Below, in pieces: positions 51,169-64,000 of a DNA stretch of 64,000 bases (position 1 is the first letter of the stretch; each line of letters starts with the position of its first letter). The position numbers and the translations under genes are program-made. The DNA is from Eledone cirrhosa (lineage: Eukaryota): positions 343,356,001-343,420,000 of the forward strand of contig OZ024741.1 in NCBI GenBank assembly GCA_964016885.1. The letters are read 5' to 3'. The notes under the pieces were generated by a model that had not been told where the DNA came from, did no database searches, and saw nothing but the letters and a program-made list of their open reading frames with translations.

Positions 51169-51761
51169 GTATATGTATATATATATATGGAGAGAGAGAG
51201 ACTGTATTAAGCTGTAAGGTATCTAAACTAATAAACTAACATCTTAATCATGAGAATATTAGAACAACTCCCACTGCTACACAATCCTACGCCATGTCAC
51301 AGTGCTTTATGAATACAATACTACAATGTACTATTCCTACCAAAAATTACACAATTATACATAAACATCCATAAATCAACCCACCCACGCAAACACGTAA
51401 ATGAATTCCCTGAAAATAAATTACAGTACAATATCTGAAGGCAGTCATGACTTCATATCTTAATACACCCATAAGGTTGTCATCAACAGCAACGACAACA
51501 ACGACGATGATTACAACATCAACAACAATAAAACAACCACAGCAGCAACAGCATAAGACTATCATGTCGACGACAACAGAAAGAATTACAATAACAAAAC
51601 CGACCCCAATCATCAGAATTTTTATTAATAAAATGAAGAATACATTTGTTAATGAGAAATATGTACAGAACTTATTAAAGAAAAAGGGGTAAACATATTT
51701 GTTAACTATATAAGTGAAATGGTCGTTAGTGAAATACACAGTAAAATGTTATATACCTGAA

Positions 51762-52765
51762 AATATTCACAGATTGCCACCATATATAGCAATCTCTCTC
51801 TATATAGAGGCAGTACTAACAGCTAATACTATACTTCGCACTAACAAACAACCGGTAGCTTCACTTGCTAGAAATTGTAGCAAATTTCCCTCAAATCATA
51901 CAATCTCGTTTAAAACTGATACTACCTCAGACCACATTGTATATAACAAACCTGTTAACCATCCCCGTCGGACGGGGAGATCTCCCACTCACTTTAAGGT
52001 AGGCGAGAGATGTATTTTCTTGTGAAAGTGGATATAGCCGGTAGATTGGCAGTATCGGTAGAGGGTCGGACGCCATGCTTTGCAGCAAAGAGTTACGGCC
52101 CTTTATGATCTGAGTTCAAATTGCGCCGAGGTTAAATTTGTCTTTCATCCTTACGGGGTTGATAAAATAAAGTACCAGTAATACACTGGGATAATTGCTG
52201 GCCTTGTGCCAAAAGTAGAAACAATTATGTAAAGTCTCCCCATTTTGCCTGATTTCTCCGTTTTGGGGCACCTTTTTTCATGGTACTCCCTGTTTGGGGT
52301 TTTAGAGTTTGGCATGTTTATTGTAATGTAGAATATAATACATGATTCTTGAAAATTGTTGGGTTAGGAATTTCTAGAATGGTTTTTATCATAGGTTTAT
52401 TTAACCTGACACCTCTATTATCCGAAGTATGCTCCTCGATTTTCATTTAATTCGTAGCTTTTTCATTCCGTAAAGGTGTATTTATTTGCAACCGAAACAA
52501 CGTTTTAGAAAATATTGAAAAATAAAATCCGTTTTTAAATTGCAATATCAATTTGTCTTATATTTCCTTAACACGGCTGCAATGAAATGCTTTTTAATAA
52601 GACATTTGCAGTTTTCTTGTATGATTTGAGGGAAATTTGCTGCCACTTCTCGTAAGTGAAGCTACCGGGTACAAGATGTTTGTCGGTGCAAAGAATAGTA
52701 TTTGCTGTAGGTGCTGTTCATATCTATACAGAGCTTGCTATATATGGTGTCAATCTGTAAATATT
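51762..52765. mobile_element. Old element with about 140-bp degenerate terminal inverted repeats
   Basis: 51762-51903 is the reverse complement of 52617-52765 (e.g. gcaaatttccctcaaatcatacaa / ttgtatgatttgagggaaatttgc). Confidence 0.65.
52037..52227 (+). mobile_element. SINE S1 nested in the TIR element
   Basis: Full S1 body. Confidence 0.9.
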
Positions 52766-53029
52766 GATATACTAACTGATTGTACTAACTAATATTGCAT
52801 ATTCTCCTCAGAGCGTACCTTTTCACAAAGTAGTATTAATACATTTTTATGATGTGTAAGGTGTTTTCTATTCAATTCAATGAAGATAGGTTCGAGGTTA
52901 CAATGAAAAACAAACAAAAATAACGAAATATTTCTTCGAAAAATATGTATTATGTACGAATATTGAGTGTCTTCTCTTTGAGGTGAGACGCAGAAAGTGA
53001 TATGAAAGAGAAACTGAACTCTCCACGTG

Positions 53030-53235
53030 ACTGGCTATTACAGTTATGCTTAGAGACAGAAACTAAGATATTTTGGACATGTAATAAAGCATGGTGTAAT
53101 GGGAAATAGAATCCTCGAAGAAATGGTTACTATGCGAAGAACAGAAGAGAGAGAACGGGATGCAGATGGGTATGGATAGTCACAGAAGATTTTGGTTCTA
53201 TAGAGTAAACCAGAAAGATGGCACATCAGAGAAAA
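53030..53235 (+). mobile_element. Degenerate LINE 3' coding remnant (RTE-like)
   Basis: Translates to RQKLRYFGHVIKH...ILEEMV... Confidence 0.5.
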
Positions 53236-53348
53236 ATATATTAATATTGTTGTAAGAAAAGGTACGCTCTGAGGAGAGTATGCAAATGATGATGGTAGTG
53301 AAGATGATGATGTTGATGATGATGACGGTGGTGAAGATGATGATGATT

Positions 53349-53379
<31 letters not shown>

Positions 53380-54182
53380 CATATTACAAGAATATTATTA
53401 TTATTTTTATAATGATGATGATGATGATGAAGGTGGAGGGCTGACAGAGACGCTAGAACGTTCGATTGAATTCTTTGTGGCATTCATTTCGGTCCTGTAA
53501 TCTCTGAGTTCAAATCCTGCCGAGATCAACTTTACCTTTCATTCATTCGAAGTCAATAGAAAAGTATCAGCCTAGTACTGGATTCGATTTTTCCTCTCTA
53601 CCTCTTTCTCATTTCCAATCTTTCCCTTTGTATCATTGTCTGGAAGAAATCTGCTGTATTCAAACCCGGAGAGGACATAAACTCCACCAGTTTTGAAAAT
53701 TCCCTAGAAACGCCGTATATCAATGCAGGATCCTTATGATTCCATCAAGAATAACGGGACTAGAGAAGAAACAAATGATAAGGATTATGATAATGGTTTA
53801 TTATAAACATATTACAAATATATTACAAACATCATATATTGAACATTTTACGAAAGAACCTCAGTACTATCATAAAAACGTGAATATTCACTTATTAGTT
53901 TAATTCATTTTTTTTAGTTTCATATATTAAATTATTCTGTTATGCTAATGAACCGTCACCACGGGATTAAATTGATCATATCAACTCTAGACCTATGTTC
54001 TATTTTTGTTTAATACTTTGCAAAGTAAATAAAATAAGATTAAGATTTTAAGTTAGATGAAACGAGATAACATTTCATGACGGTCTAGTAATGTAAGTCT
54101 TTGATTAATGTTATTTTTTTAATTGTATGTAACTTAGAATAACAACAGTGAATGCTGAATAGTTGCAGTTTATGTAGAGTGA

Positions 54183-54502
54183 AGGCGCGTAGGTTTATGG
54201 TTAAGGTATTCAGTTCACAATCGTAAGGTTGGGAGTTCGATTCCCGGCGGTGCTTGTGTCATTGAGAAAGACACTTTATTTCACGCTGCTCCAGTCCACT
54301 CAGCTGGCATAAATGTGTTGTTCCTGTAATTCGAAGAGCCATCCTTTTCACGTTCGGTATGACACTGACTCTCCCTGAAAACTACGTTAAGGGTACGCGT
54401 ATCTGTGGAATACTCAGCCACTTGAACGTTAATTTCACGATCTGGCTCTTCCGTTGATCGGATCAATTGGAACAATCGTCATCTTAACCAACGGAGTGCC
54501 AG
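54183..54502 (+). mobile_element. tRNA-derived CORE-type SINE
   Basis: A-box-like head, B-box gagttcgattccc, CORE-like gtgtcattgagaaagacactt. Confidence 0.8.
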
Positions 54503-56024
54503 TTTTTTTTATTTATTTATTTATGTAGAGGTCAGATCATATGTGAATGCAAGTTATACACAAGATTCACAGAAGAGAATTATCATCTGTTGTCGAGTGT
54601 TATATAGAAACTTAGCAAAGTTCAACTGTTGTATTGGTGTAGTATGCATGTATGGTGGGCACTTGGTTTGTTTTTCTTTATAGTGAAAAGAAAGCAAACT
54701 GTTGAACCTAGAGTTGGGCTGTTGTGAGAGAATTTTCGTCTAACAGACTTTGTTGGTTATCGTTTCAAAGAGGGTGCTGTTGATAAATATTACATTTTTT
54801 TTGTTTTGACAGTAATTGATATTGTAGTTGAATTCGACTTCACAGAAAACGGGTGACGGGTGAATTTTTAATGATCTGGGAATACAGATCTGTGATCGGT
54901 TAAGATATATATGTATGAACCCATAACTCCTAGAGAGGTCCTAGCGGCGCCCGAGTGCCATACAGCATTGCTTTAGTATTTTAAAAACCTGGTCGAGTTC
55001 ATCTCCTCTCCAGTCTTGAAAGCATCCTCTTTCTTCCAGAGAAGGGAACAAAGTGATAGAGAAAAGTGTATTGGACTGGTACGTTTTTTATCGACCCGAA
55101 AGCATGAAAGGTAAAGTTGAATGGGGACCATTTGAACTCAGAAAGCAGAAAGCCTGAAGGAATAACGTAAATAATTCTATCCGACGCTCTAATGATTCTG
55201 CTACGGCATTTTCAGAAATTTTTAAACCTGGCGGACTCCATCCCCTCTCCAGGTCTGAATATTGTAGATTTCTTTCAGAGAAAGATAGAGAGTGAAAGAA
55301 ATAAAGTGAGAAAGAGATATAGAGGAAGAATCGACCCCAGTACAAGACTTACTTTTTTATCAACCTTAAAAAGGCAAAAGTTGACCTCTGCAGGATTTAA
55401 ACTTAGAGAGCAAAATGCCTGAAGGGGTACGGTTCTGCCACTTAGCCACTATAAATGATACATACGGTATGATTAAAGAAAGAAGTCATTCCCAATGATG
55501 ATTACTTTCACTTTTAAGAATTTATGTGTGGTTTGAAGTTAGGGTTTGGCATCCTGACCGAAATTTCTTATACGATGTTGATGACAATTATTTTTAATGA
55601 AATGATATGGTCACCTAAAAGGTGAATACTGCGTATAAAAATTGTTGATTAGCTTTAATATTTTCCTGCTCCTCGTTGATTTATTTATGTCAAATATTTT
55701 TTTTATACCTTCTCATCCTCTCGTCTTCTTGTATAATTAGTTCAAAGTATTTTCTTTATTTATCCATAATTGGTCCCTAGTGTTGTCTGTACGTTGACAT
55801 AATGAAACATCTTGTTATTTTGGATATCTATTATTTGAATATTGTTCGTATTAATATAGATATATGTATAAATATATACACAACATAATTATGTGCGTGT
55901 GTGCGTAGGTGTGTAGGATTGGATGTGTATACGTGAGTGCGCACCATAATGTTTGAGTATACGTGCGTTTTATGTTGCATCTATCAATCTGTATAATACA
56001 CACACAGGGACACTCATACACACC

Positions 56025-56074
<50 letters not shown>

Positions 56075-56081
<7 letters not shown>

Positions 56082-56333
56082 GAGATCAAAAGATGGTTAA
56101 AAGAGTTCCATGTATTTTATTATGCGCATTTCAAAAACAAATATCATCATGGGATGATATTTGCGTTCTCATCAGATATATTTGTTTTTGAAATGCGCAT
56201 AATAAAATACATGGAACTCTTTTAACCATCTTTTGATCTTATATTATTTATACTCCAGTCCTATAAACTGTTGAGTGCTACTTATCCGATATTTGCATTG
56301 CTTTATTGTGCTACAATAAAACTCACCTCCTAC

Positions 56334-56335
<2 letters not shown>
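56075..56335 (+). mobile_element. Fold-back PLE-type element
   Basis: Arms 56075-56144 and 56178-56248, tail 56249-56335, (TA)n flanks. Confidence 0.85.
56118..56178 (-). ncRNA. Minimal type I HHR
   Basis: tat-CTGATGA-gaacgcaaatatcatc(ccat)gatgatatttgttttt-GAAAT-gcgc-ATA-ata; palindromic helix III ATGCGCAT. Confidence 0.75.
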
Positions 56336-56379
<44 letters not shown>

Positions 56380-56407
56380 CAAAAAAAAATATATATATAT
56401 ATACATA

Positions 56408-57210
<803 letters not shown>

Positions 57211-57214
<4 letters not shown>

Positions 57215-57322
57215 GATGTGTGACCCCCACGGCAGAGCTGAAGCCGTTTCGACGGGTATTTCTGGACTCAGAAATTCGGTGAATACCATTATTCAACAGC
57301 TATGACCTCATCAGGCAGCTAG
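57211..57322 (-). mobile_element. pLTR end related to PLE 12815, with degenerate HHR
   Basis: Homologous to 12820-12925; minus strand CTGATGA...GAAACGGC...GCCGTG (cleavage triplet mutated). Confidence 0.65.
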
Positions 57323-58038
57323 AACTTGAACAGAAAAAACAGAAAATCATAATGATGGAACAATGTTTATCTCCGTTATTTCGATCCCTTTATATGTCCT
57401 ATCCTGAAGTATGGTGTTATTTTATCAAAGTACTTGTGGCATATGATTTAGACTGAACGAATTCAAGCATCAGAAGAATTTACCCCCCCCCCCTATTGGT
57501 CAGATACAGTCTTATCATTCCATTGGTGTGAATAGAGTGGTCGACAGCTATAAATACAGCCAAGTCCTTTCAACCGATTTAGCTCTACAGATAAGGAGCT
57601 GTTTATATATCCCAAATAGATTTAATTAAATTAAATTGAAGTAGTCACCCTATTCACGCCAATGGGAGGACGCTAGCATGTTGCTAGCAGTTTTAGAATT
57701 GCAGCACGTATGCTGGGTCACTCGCAGATTTGTATTTGATGCGTAAACACAGACAGTTATTTCTTCCTCCTTGCTGATGATCTAAGATTTAACTACTGTG
57801 ACTTTACGGATTTTTAGTGAAATATATTTCTTTAATGAACTATATACAAGGAGGATTAATCATTTCTTAAAAAGTAATATTTGAAGATCTAGCTAAACTT
57901 TAATTACTTACCTACCTAGCTGTGTGTGATTACACACTTTATAAATTATCCCCTGTGAGTGTTTCATGTGTTTATTTTAAATATATATATGTCAATCAAT
58001 TTCTAGTTGATACATATATATATATATATAAATATATA

Positions 58039-58451
58039 GTTAAAAGAATAGAGGTGTAACACACAAGTTATTATATATTGGTAAACGGAATAGAAAATGC
58101 TGACAAATTGTTCACAGTTGAAAAATGGTTTAATTAGGAATAAAAGAGTATTAGTGATTGTATGGGTTAGTATTCAGTTGTGGTTTTAAGTTTTTAAGTT
58201 TTTACCGGTTGCGCATTTCTAAATGCTTTTCAAAAATAATTTTGAGATAGAGTGTCCGTGCTGTTTGCTCTGATCTGATTAGTTTTGGGAATTCTACCTG
58301 TTTTTATGTTAAAAAAGTGGCTCCAGCAAAAATTCTTGTGGTCAAAACAATTTTGATTGGTCGGTAGGCGTCATGTGAATAAAAAATTGGTTTGCGCCAA
58401 GATTGAGAAATGACTCTTTCACAACAAATATGTGTGTGTGTGTGTGTGTGT

Positions 58452-58530
<79 letters not shown>

Positions 58531-58996
58531 TTGTTGTGAAAGAGTCATTTCTCAATCTTGGCGCAAACCAATTTTTAATTCACATGACGCCTACCGACCA
58601 ATCAAAATTGTTTTGACCACAAGAATTTTTGCTGGAGCCACTTTTTTAACATAAAAACAGTCTTGGCGCAAAATCAATTTTTTACATTCACATGACCTCT
58701 ACCGACCAATCCAAATTATTTTGACCACAAGAATTTTTGCAAATTGGAGCCACTTTTTTAACATAAAAACAGGTAGAATTCCCAAAACTAATCAGATCAG
58801 AGCAAACAGCACGGGCACTCTATCTCAAAATTATTTTTGAAAAGCATTTAGAAATGCGCAACCGGTAAAAACTTAAAAACTTAAAACCACAACTGAATAC
58901 TAACCCATACAATCACTAATACTCTTTTATTCCTAATTAAACCATTTTTCAACTGTGAACAATTTGTCAGCATTTTCTATTCCGTTTACCAATATA
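58039..58996 (-). mobile_element. Long palindromic family P element centred on (TG)n(CA)n
   Basis: Near-identical arms 58075-58452 and 58453-58996 (right arm has an internal duplication of about 110 bp); tail 58039-58074. Confidence 0.85.
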
Positions 58997-59000
58997 AATA

Positions 59001-59038
<38 letters not shown>

Positions 59039-59041
<3 letters not shown>

Positions 59042-59210
59042 TAGTAAAAAGGAAAAGAAAATGCTGACAAATTTAATCCCAGTGAAAAATAGTTTAATAA
59101 GGAATAAGTATAAATTAGTATAAGTATTAGTTAGTATTCAGTTTTAGTTTTAAGTTTTTACCGGATGCGCATTTCTAATGCTTTTCAAAAATAATTTTGA
59201 GATAGAGTTC
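59039..59210 (-). mobile_element. Single arm of family P
   Basis: Matches 56408-56576. Confidence 0.8.
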
Positions 59211-59275
<65 letters not shown>

Positions 59276-59557
59276 ATATATATATATAATAAATGAAGAA
59301 TTAAAAATAGAAGCCAGGAATATCAGTCATCAGTGGTCTACTAGCCATCATGGGTATTCGCATTACAGACCATATACGTCAAGCTAGGGCGATACAATAA
59401 CTAAATTAAGTTATTGGGATAAAAAGAGTTGGGTGGAGAAAGAGAGAAAGGTAAACAAACACAGGAAGTGATATATATATATATATATATATATATACCT
59501 GTCTATCTATCTATACATACATACATACATACATACATACATACATACATACATACA

Positions 59558-59614
<57 letters not shown>

Positions 59615-59617
<3 letters not shown>

Positions 59618-62547
59618 GTTTCTGAATTTGTTTAGCAAGATTCTTTATCTGAAAACGTGTGTTGAAATCGATATTGTTATGCTTTGGGAGGGTCAGCATG
59701 CCAATAAGAAACACACGCACCAGTTGCTTTCACTCCAATTTTATTATAAATTAAATTTATAAATTTAAGAATTTATAAATTTCCGGTTGGTTGGTTGGTT
59801 CCATAACCGGACGGTTGTTCATATATTGTCAAAGTTATTTCGCCACACATTCTGTGACCTCTTCAGTGGCTGGGTATTCTTTTCTTTGTTTTGTGCCTCT
59901 CCTTTCTTCTGTCTTACGCCATCTTGTTTTTGTGTGCATTGTGTGCTTTGTTTGCGCATATGTTACATCCGGGTGTCTGTGTGTGTTTTTATTTGTTTAT
60001 TTATTTGTTTATTTACATGTTCCTGGTTGGTTGTTTGTTCTGCGTGTGTGTGTATTTTCATTTTGTCCTTAATTGTAAATTGTGATGTTGCTATTCAATA
60101 ACAATAACAATAGTACACATAAAGCAGCAGCCTGGAATTCTACTTTTTATAATCCTTCCGATATGTCCTTCTATCTACGACGAGTCCACGCCACGACTTT
60201 AGCTTTTATTAAACGAACGCAATTTCCGTCGCAGGTCGATGAAAAGCAGAATCACAATTTAGTATAACTAGATCTAAACTTAGAAATATTATAGAACAGT
60301 ATAGCAAGAAGAAAAATAGAATGGAGGCCCAGCAACTGGGAGTAAATCTGCAAATGGCTTGTGTAAACTCATGCAGCGCTCGCGTAATGGGGAGATTGCA
60401 TGCTTTCAAACAGACAAGTCTGGCAGAATGTCGGTTGACATTCTATCAAACTACATCCAGGCAATGCAACCCACACCACTAACACAAGGGAAGTAACACC
60501 ACAAGAGCATGAGGATAGGGAGAAAACCCTCAATGCCCATATGATGATGTGGACAAACATAATGCAGCCCAATAAAAGGACTGCCAACAACTTCCAGGCC
60601 TGGGACAATGAGGTGCCAGCGTTGTATGGGCTTCAAAAAGACCATTAGACGAGCAGTGACCTTGTCACAGGACCACCAACACGGCCAGTCCATTGACGTG
60701 GATTTTGCTGTGGAGAAATGCGTAGAAATGATCAGTGAGAGCAATGTTGAATTCGCTGGCATTGATGCCAGTGAGCTGGTAAACTTACCTATAGTAATGA
60801 TTATCTAGATACATATGACCGTAGAAACCTGTGCCCTACAAGACCAGCAAGAGGCAGACCATCTACCAGTACCTCAATGGCTAAGAAAACCCACACAGAA
60901 AGATGGAACGGGTGGACCAGAGCCATACGGACCCCCGAAAACCACGATGAACTAAAGAAAATGATTGCACATGCGGTGGGGACCAGTATAAAACTAACCC
61001 TTAAGGAACATATGTTTAAATTTAATTGAAAAACATATGCCCAAGAGGAGGGAGCAGCCATTGGTGTTAGCATTGCAGGTGACATAGCTAACCTATTCAT
61101 GGTATGGCGGGACAATGAATTTAAACTTAAACTTAAAGAACAATTAGAAGACAGCTACCTCTTAACCCTGATAATGTATTCCCGCTACGTTGATGATATA
61201 AACATCGTAGTAAAAACACCCCCACTAGAGAACAGTCAGGGATTAGAGAAAAACACCATGGAAAGCATCCAGCAAATAGCTAACTCTATCCACCAGAGTA
61301 TTAGAGTTACTATAGACTACCCAAGAAAATACCCCAACTATCGTTTACCTGTACTAGACACAGAGCTCTGGTTAGAAACCATTAATAACATAAAACAAAT
61401 CCTCTATTCCCATTATGCCAAACCCATGACTTCCAAATATCTGATCCACCGAAACTCAGCTGTTTCGGATCACACCAAAATCAACATACTGATTGCGGAT
61501 TTGGCACGGGTGATGAGAAACGTGTCCTGCATGTGCAACCCCAAAGAACTAGAGAGACACATACAACACTTCATGCACCGTATGCAGTTCTCCGGTTACA
61601 ATCAGAGAGATAAAATCAGAGTATATAGAGGAGCTAGAACCAAATGGGAAAAAAATGGTAAATAATGATATAAATGGGACCTGCCCCTTGTATAGGAGCA
61701 CATTTTGGAACAGAATAGAAAGAACTAGGAATAAGGTTAATAGAATAAACTCATGGTATGATAGCAATAAATACCAGAGTGTAATGTTCATCAATACAAC
61801 CCCTACAGGTGAATTAGCTTACAAATTTAGAAGGGCCCCAGATAAACATAAACTTAATATTAAGATAGTAGAAAGACCAGGTACCTCCATAAAAACACTT
61901 ATTAGCAATACATACCCTTTTCAAAGACCTCCCTGTATAGATAAGAAATGCATAATCTGTAAACTAAGCCCCCATATTAACTGTAAAACTAGAAATGTAG
62001 CATATAGCATAAGAGGTACTGAAGGACAATGTAAAGATAAGAATATAGTGTACATAGGTGAGACAGCTCGTAGTATAGGAGAACGGTTAAATGAACACTG
62101 GCGAGAACTTCAAGATAAAAGAGAATCATAAATACTCCAACATGCTAAAATAGAACATAAGGGTAAATTAGAGAACATAGAAATAAAAATAGAATCTACA
62201 CACAGAAAAGACGCAATGTTTAGACAAATCACAGAGGCAATAAACATAAATGAACTCCAACCAAAATGAAATAGAAAACATGAATGGAATTGCAACATCA
62301 CAACTTACAATTAAGGACAAAATGAAAACACACACACACATAGAACAAACAACCAACCATTAATACGTAAATAAATAAATAAATAAACAAATAAAAACAC
62401 ACACAGACACCAGGATGTAACATATGCGCAAATTAAGCACACAACACACACAACAACAAGGACAGAACAAAGGAGAGGCACAAAACAAAGAAAAGAATCC
62501 CCAGTCACTGAAGAGGTCACAGAATGTGTGACGAAAGAACTTTTGAT
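59615..62547 (+). mobile_element. Penelope-like retroelement (second lineage) with inverted tail-bearing pLTR
   Basis: Minus arm 59615-60096; plus arm encodes TDKSG, GAAIG, RYVDD, LPVLD and GIY-YIG (AYSI...VYIGETARSIGERLNEH); stops, frameshifts and a deletion. Confidence 0.9.
62504..62547 (+). ncRNA. Minimal HHR in PLE pLTR
   Basis: gtca-CTGAAGA-ggtcaca(gaatg)tgtgac-GAAAG-aa-CTT; the 3' side is interrupted by the next element. Confidence 0.65.
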
Positions 62548-62827
62548 CACATGACCGTCTATATTTATCAATATTTTGAAGTAATATTAATAACTCCAGA
62601 AATTAGATTAGAAGCACTCCACAGTAAGGATTCTGGAGTTATTAATATTACTTCAAAATATTAATAAATATAGACATTCATGTGATCAATTATATTTTAT
62701 TATACACATTTCAGAGGTACTGAGCTATTTCAACAGTACGTCCTCATGTTTGCAAACACTTTAAATATGATATTATACTATAATATAAATCCTTATAAAT
62801 TTTATAGTCAGAAATCTTATGCCATTG

Positions 62828-63060
62828 GATTAATTGACTATTTCTAACTAACATAAGAATTCGAAAATAATCGGTCATCCAGCTATGCCCAGATATATAT
62901 ATTTGATTAATTGACTATTTCTAATTAAATTATCAATTCAAAAATAAACGGTCATCCAGCTATGCCCAGATATATATTTGATATTTGATTAATTGACTAT
63001 TTCTAATTAACTTAAGGATTCGATAATAAACGGTCATCCTGCTATGCCCAGATATATATT
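62828..63060 (+). repeat. Three tandem copies of a 76-83 bp unit
   Basis: gattaattgactatttctaa...cggtcatccagctatgcccagatatatat repeated three times. Confidence 0.9.
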
Positions 63061-63539
63061 TATATTTATATTTTCCCCCTCACCTAATTATACCCTGTTT
63101 ATCCTTTACAATACAAGTCTTCCTCCCTGTGTTTATACTATTAAACTTATTTCTCTCTTCTTCTCTCTATCCTTTGGTTAGTTCTCTTGCCTTTCGTGCA
63201 TATGATCATGTATCTTTCTCGTCATTCTCTCTTTCCTCGTGAGTTTCTCTCTCCATCTTTCACTTCCTCTATCTGCAATAATGCGTTATCCATATCTTAT
63301 TTTATTTAAATTATTTAAATTTTTAACAGTTATGTAGGTTTATATTATATTATATATTATTAGCTATTTATTATTATGTATCTTTATACACATTCTCATA
63401 CGCACCCTCTGTATTATATGTAATTTTTTTCATGTTTCAACTTAAGGTATATAAATATTGAGTTTTGTCATAACTAATTCACTGCCATGACTGAATTGTA
63501 ACCATCAACATAGTCAAGGTATGTCAAGCATCAACTTAT

Positions 63540-63599
63540 TTAATCTGATGAGGACGTACTGTTGAAATAGCTCAGTACCTCTGAAATATGTATAATAAA
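63540..63599 (+). ncRNA. Minimal type I HHR
   Basis: ttaat-CTGATGA-ggacgtactg(ttgaaatagct)cagtacctct-GAAAT-atgt-ATA-ataaa. Confidence 0.7.
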
Positions 63600-63644
63600 A
63601 TATATTTGATCACATGGATGTCTATATTTATTAATATTTTGAAG

Positions 63645-63744
<100 letters not shown>

Positions 63745-64000
63745 GATAAGAAGTTATCGTTATAGGTAATCCAGTTAGAGGGGTGAGTACTCTGTGTCGT
63801 AGATAGTTTTAACTACGTACGGCTTTGTTTGACTCAACAAGATGTTTCCATAGTTAGGCAGCGAGTTCGCGAGAATTCCTATGCAGGTTATACTTGGAGT
63901 AATACTAGTGAAAGATTGAAGAGTACCATGGTCAGCTGTACAACAATAGGCTTTATTTCAGGTATTAACAATTGTTTCATTGATCAGGTGAGTCTAGAGG

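Noticed and set aside
51447-51692. 81-aa Thr/Gln-rich ORF as a host exon
   Set aside because: Degenerate (ACA)n low-complexity sequence with no supporting splice or domain evidence.
54183-54257. SINE heads as functional tRNA genes
   Set aside because: A/B boxes are present but there is no proper cloverleaf, and they continue into SINE bodies.
59320-59390. CTGATGA and TTGACGT on the minus strand as an HHR
   Set aside because: No correctly placed GAAA or helices.
61027-61029. In-frame TGA in the PLE RT as possible selenocysteine
   Set aside because: Context FN*KTY is normally FNGK (GGA>TGA), and the ORF has other stops and frameshifts.
62828-63060. CRISPR-like array
   Set aside because: Whole units are similar, there are no unique spacers or cas genes, and the context is eukaryotic; it is a minisatellite.

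Overview
AT-rich eukaryotic non-coding DNA made almost entirely of microsatellites and retroelements. The SINE families and repeat landscape look like an octopus/coleoid genome (inference). I see no convincing host exon; most ORFs in the track are microsatellite artefacts or antisense shadows. Non-LTR retrotransposons: two near-full-length RTE-type LINEs in inverted orientation, R4/Dong-like RLE LINEs in (TAA)n and (TACA)n repeats, CRE-like fragments, and two Penelope-like (PLE) RT+GIY-YIG elements. There are also about 10 tRNA-derived SINEs. The most striking signal is a dense population of PLE-type elements of several unrelated families inserted in (TA)n. They share one architecture: an inverted arm, a tail-bearing arm, and a 30-100 nt unpaired tail. 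Many carry minimal type I hammerhead ribozymes (HHRs), including U3-A8 core variants. In several short copies the fold-back point lies inside HHR helix II. One family shows no clear HHR but contains a tRNA-like cloverleaf and is circularly permuted between copies. All calls were made by eye, and coordinates are approximate to a few bases.
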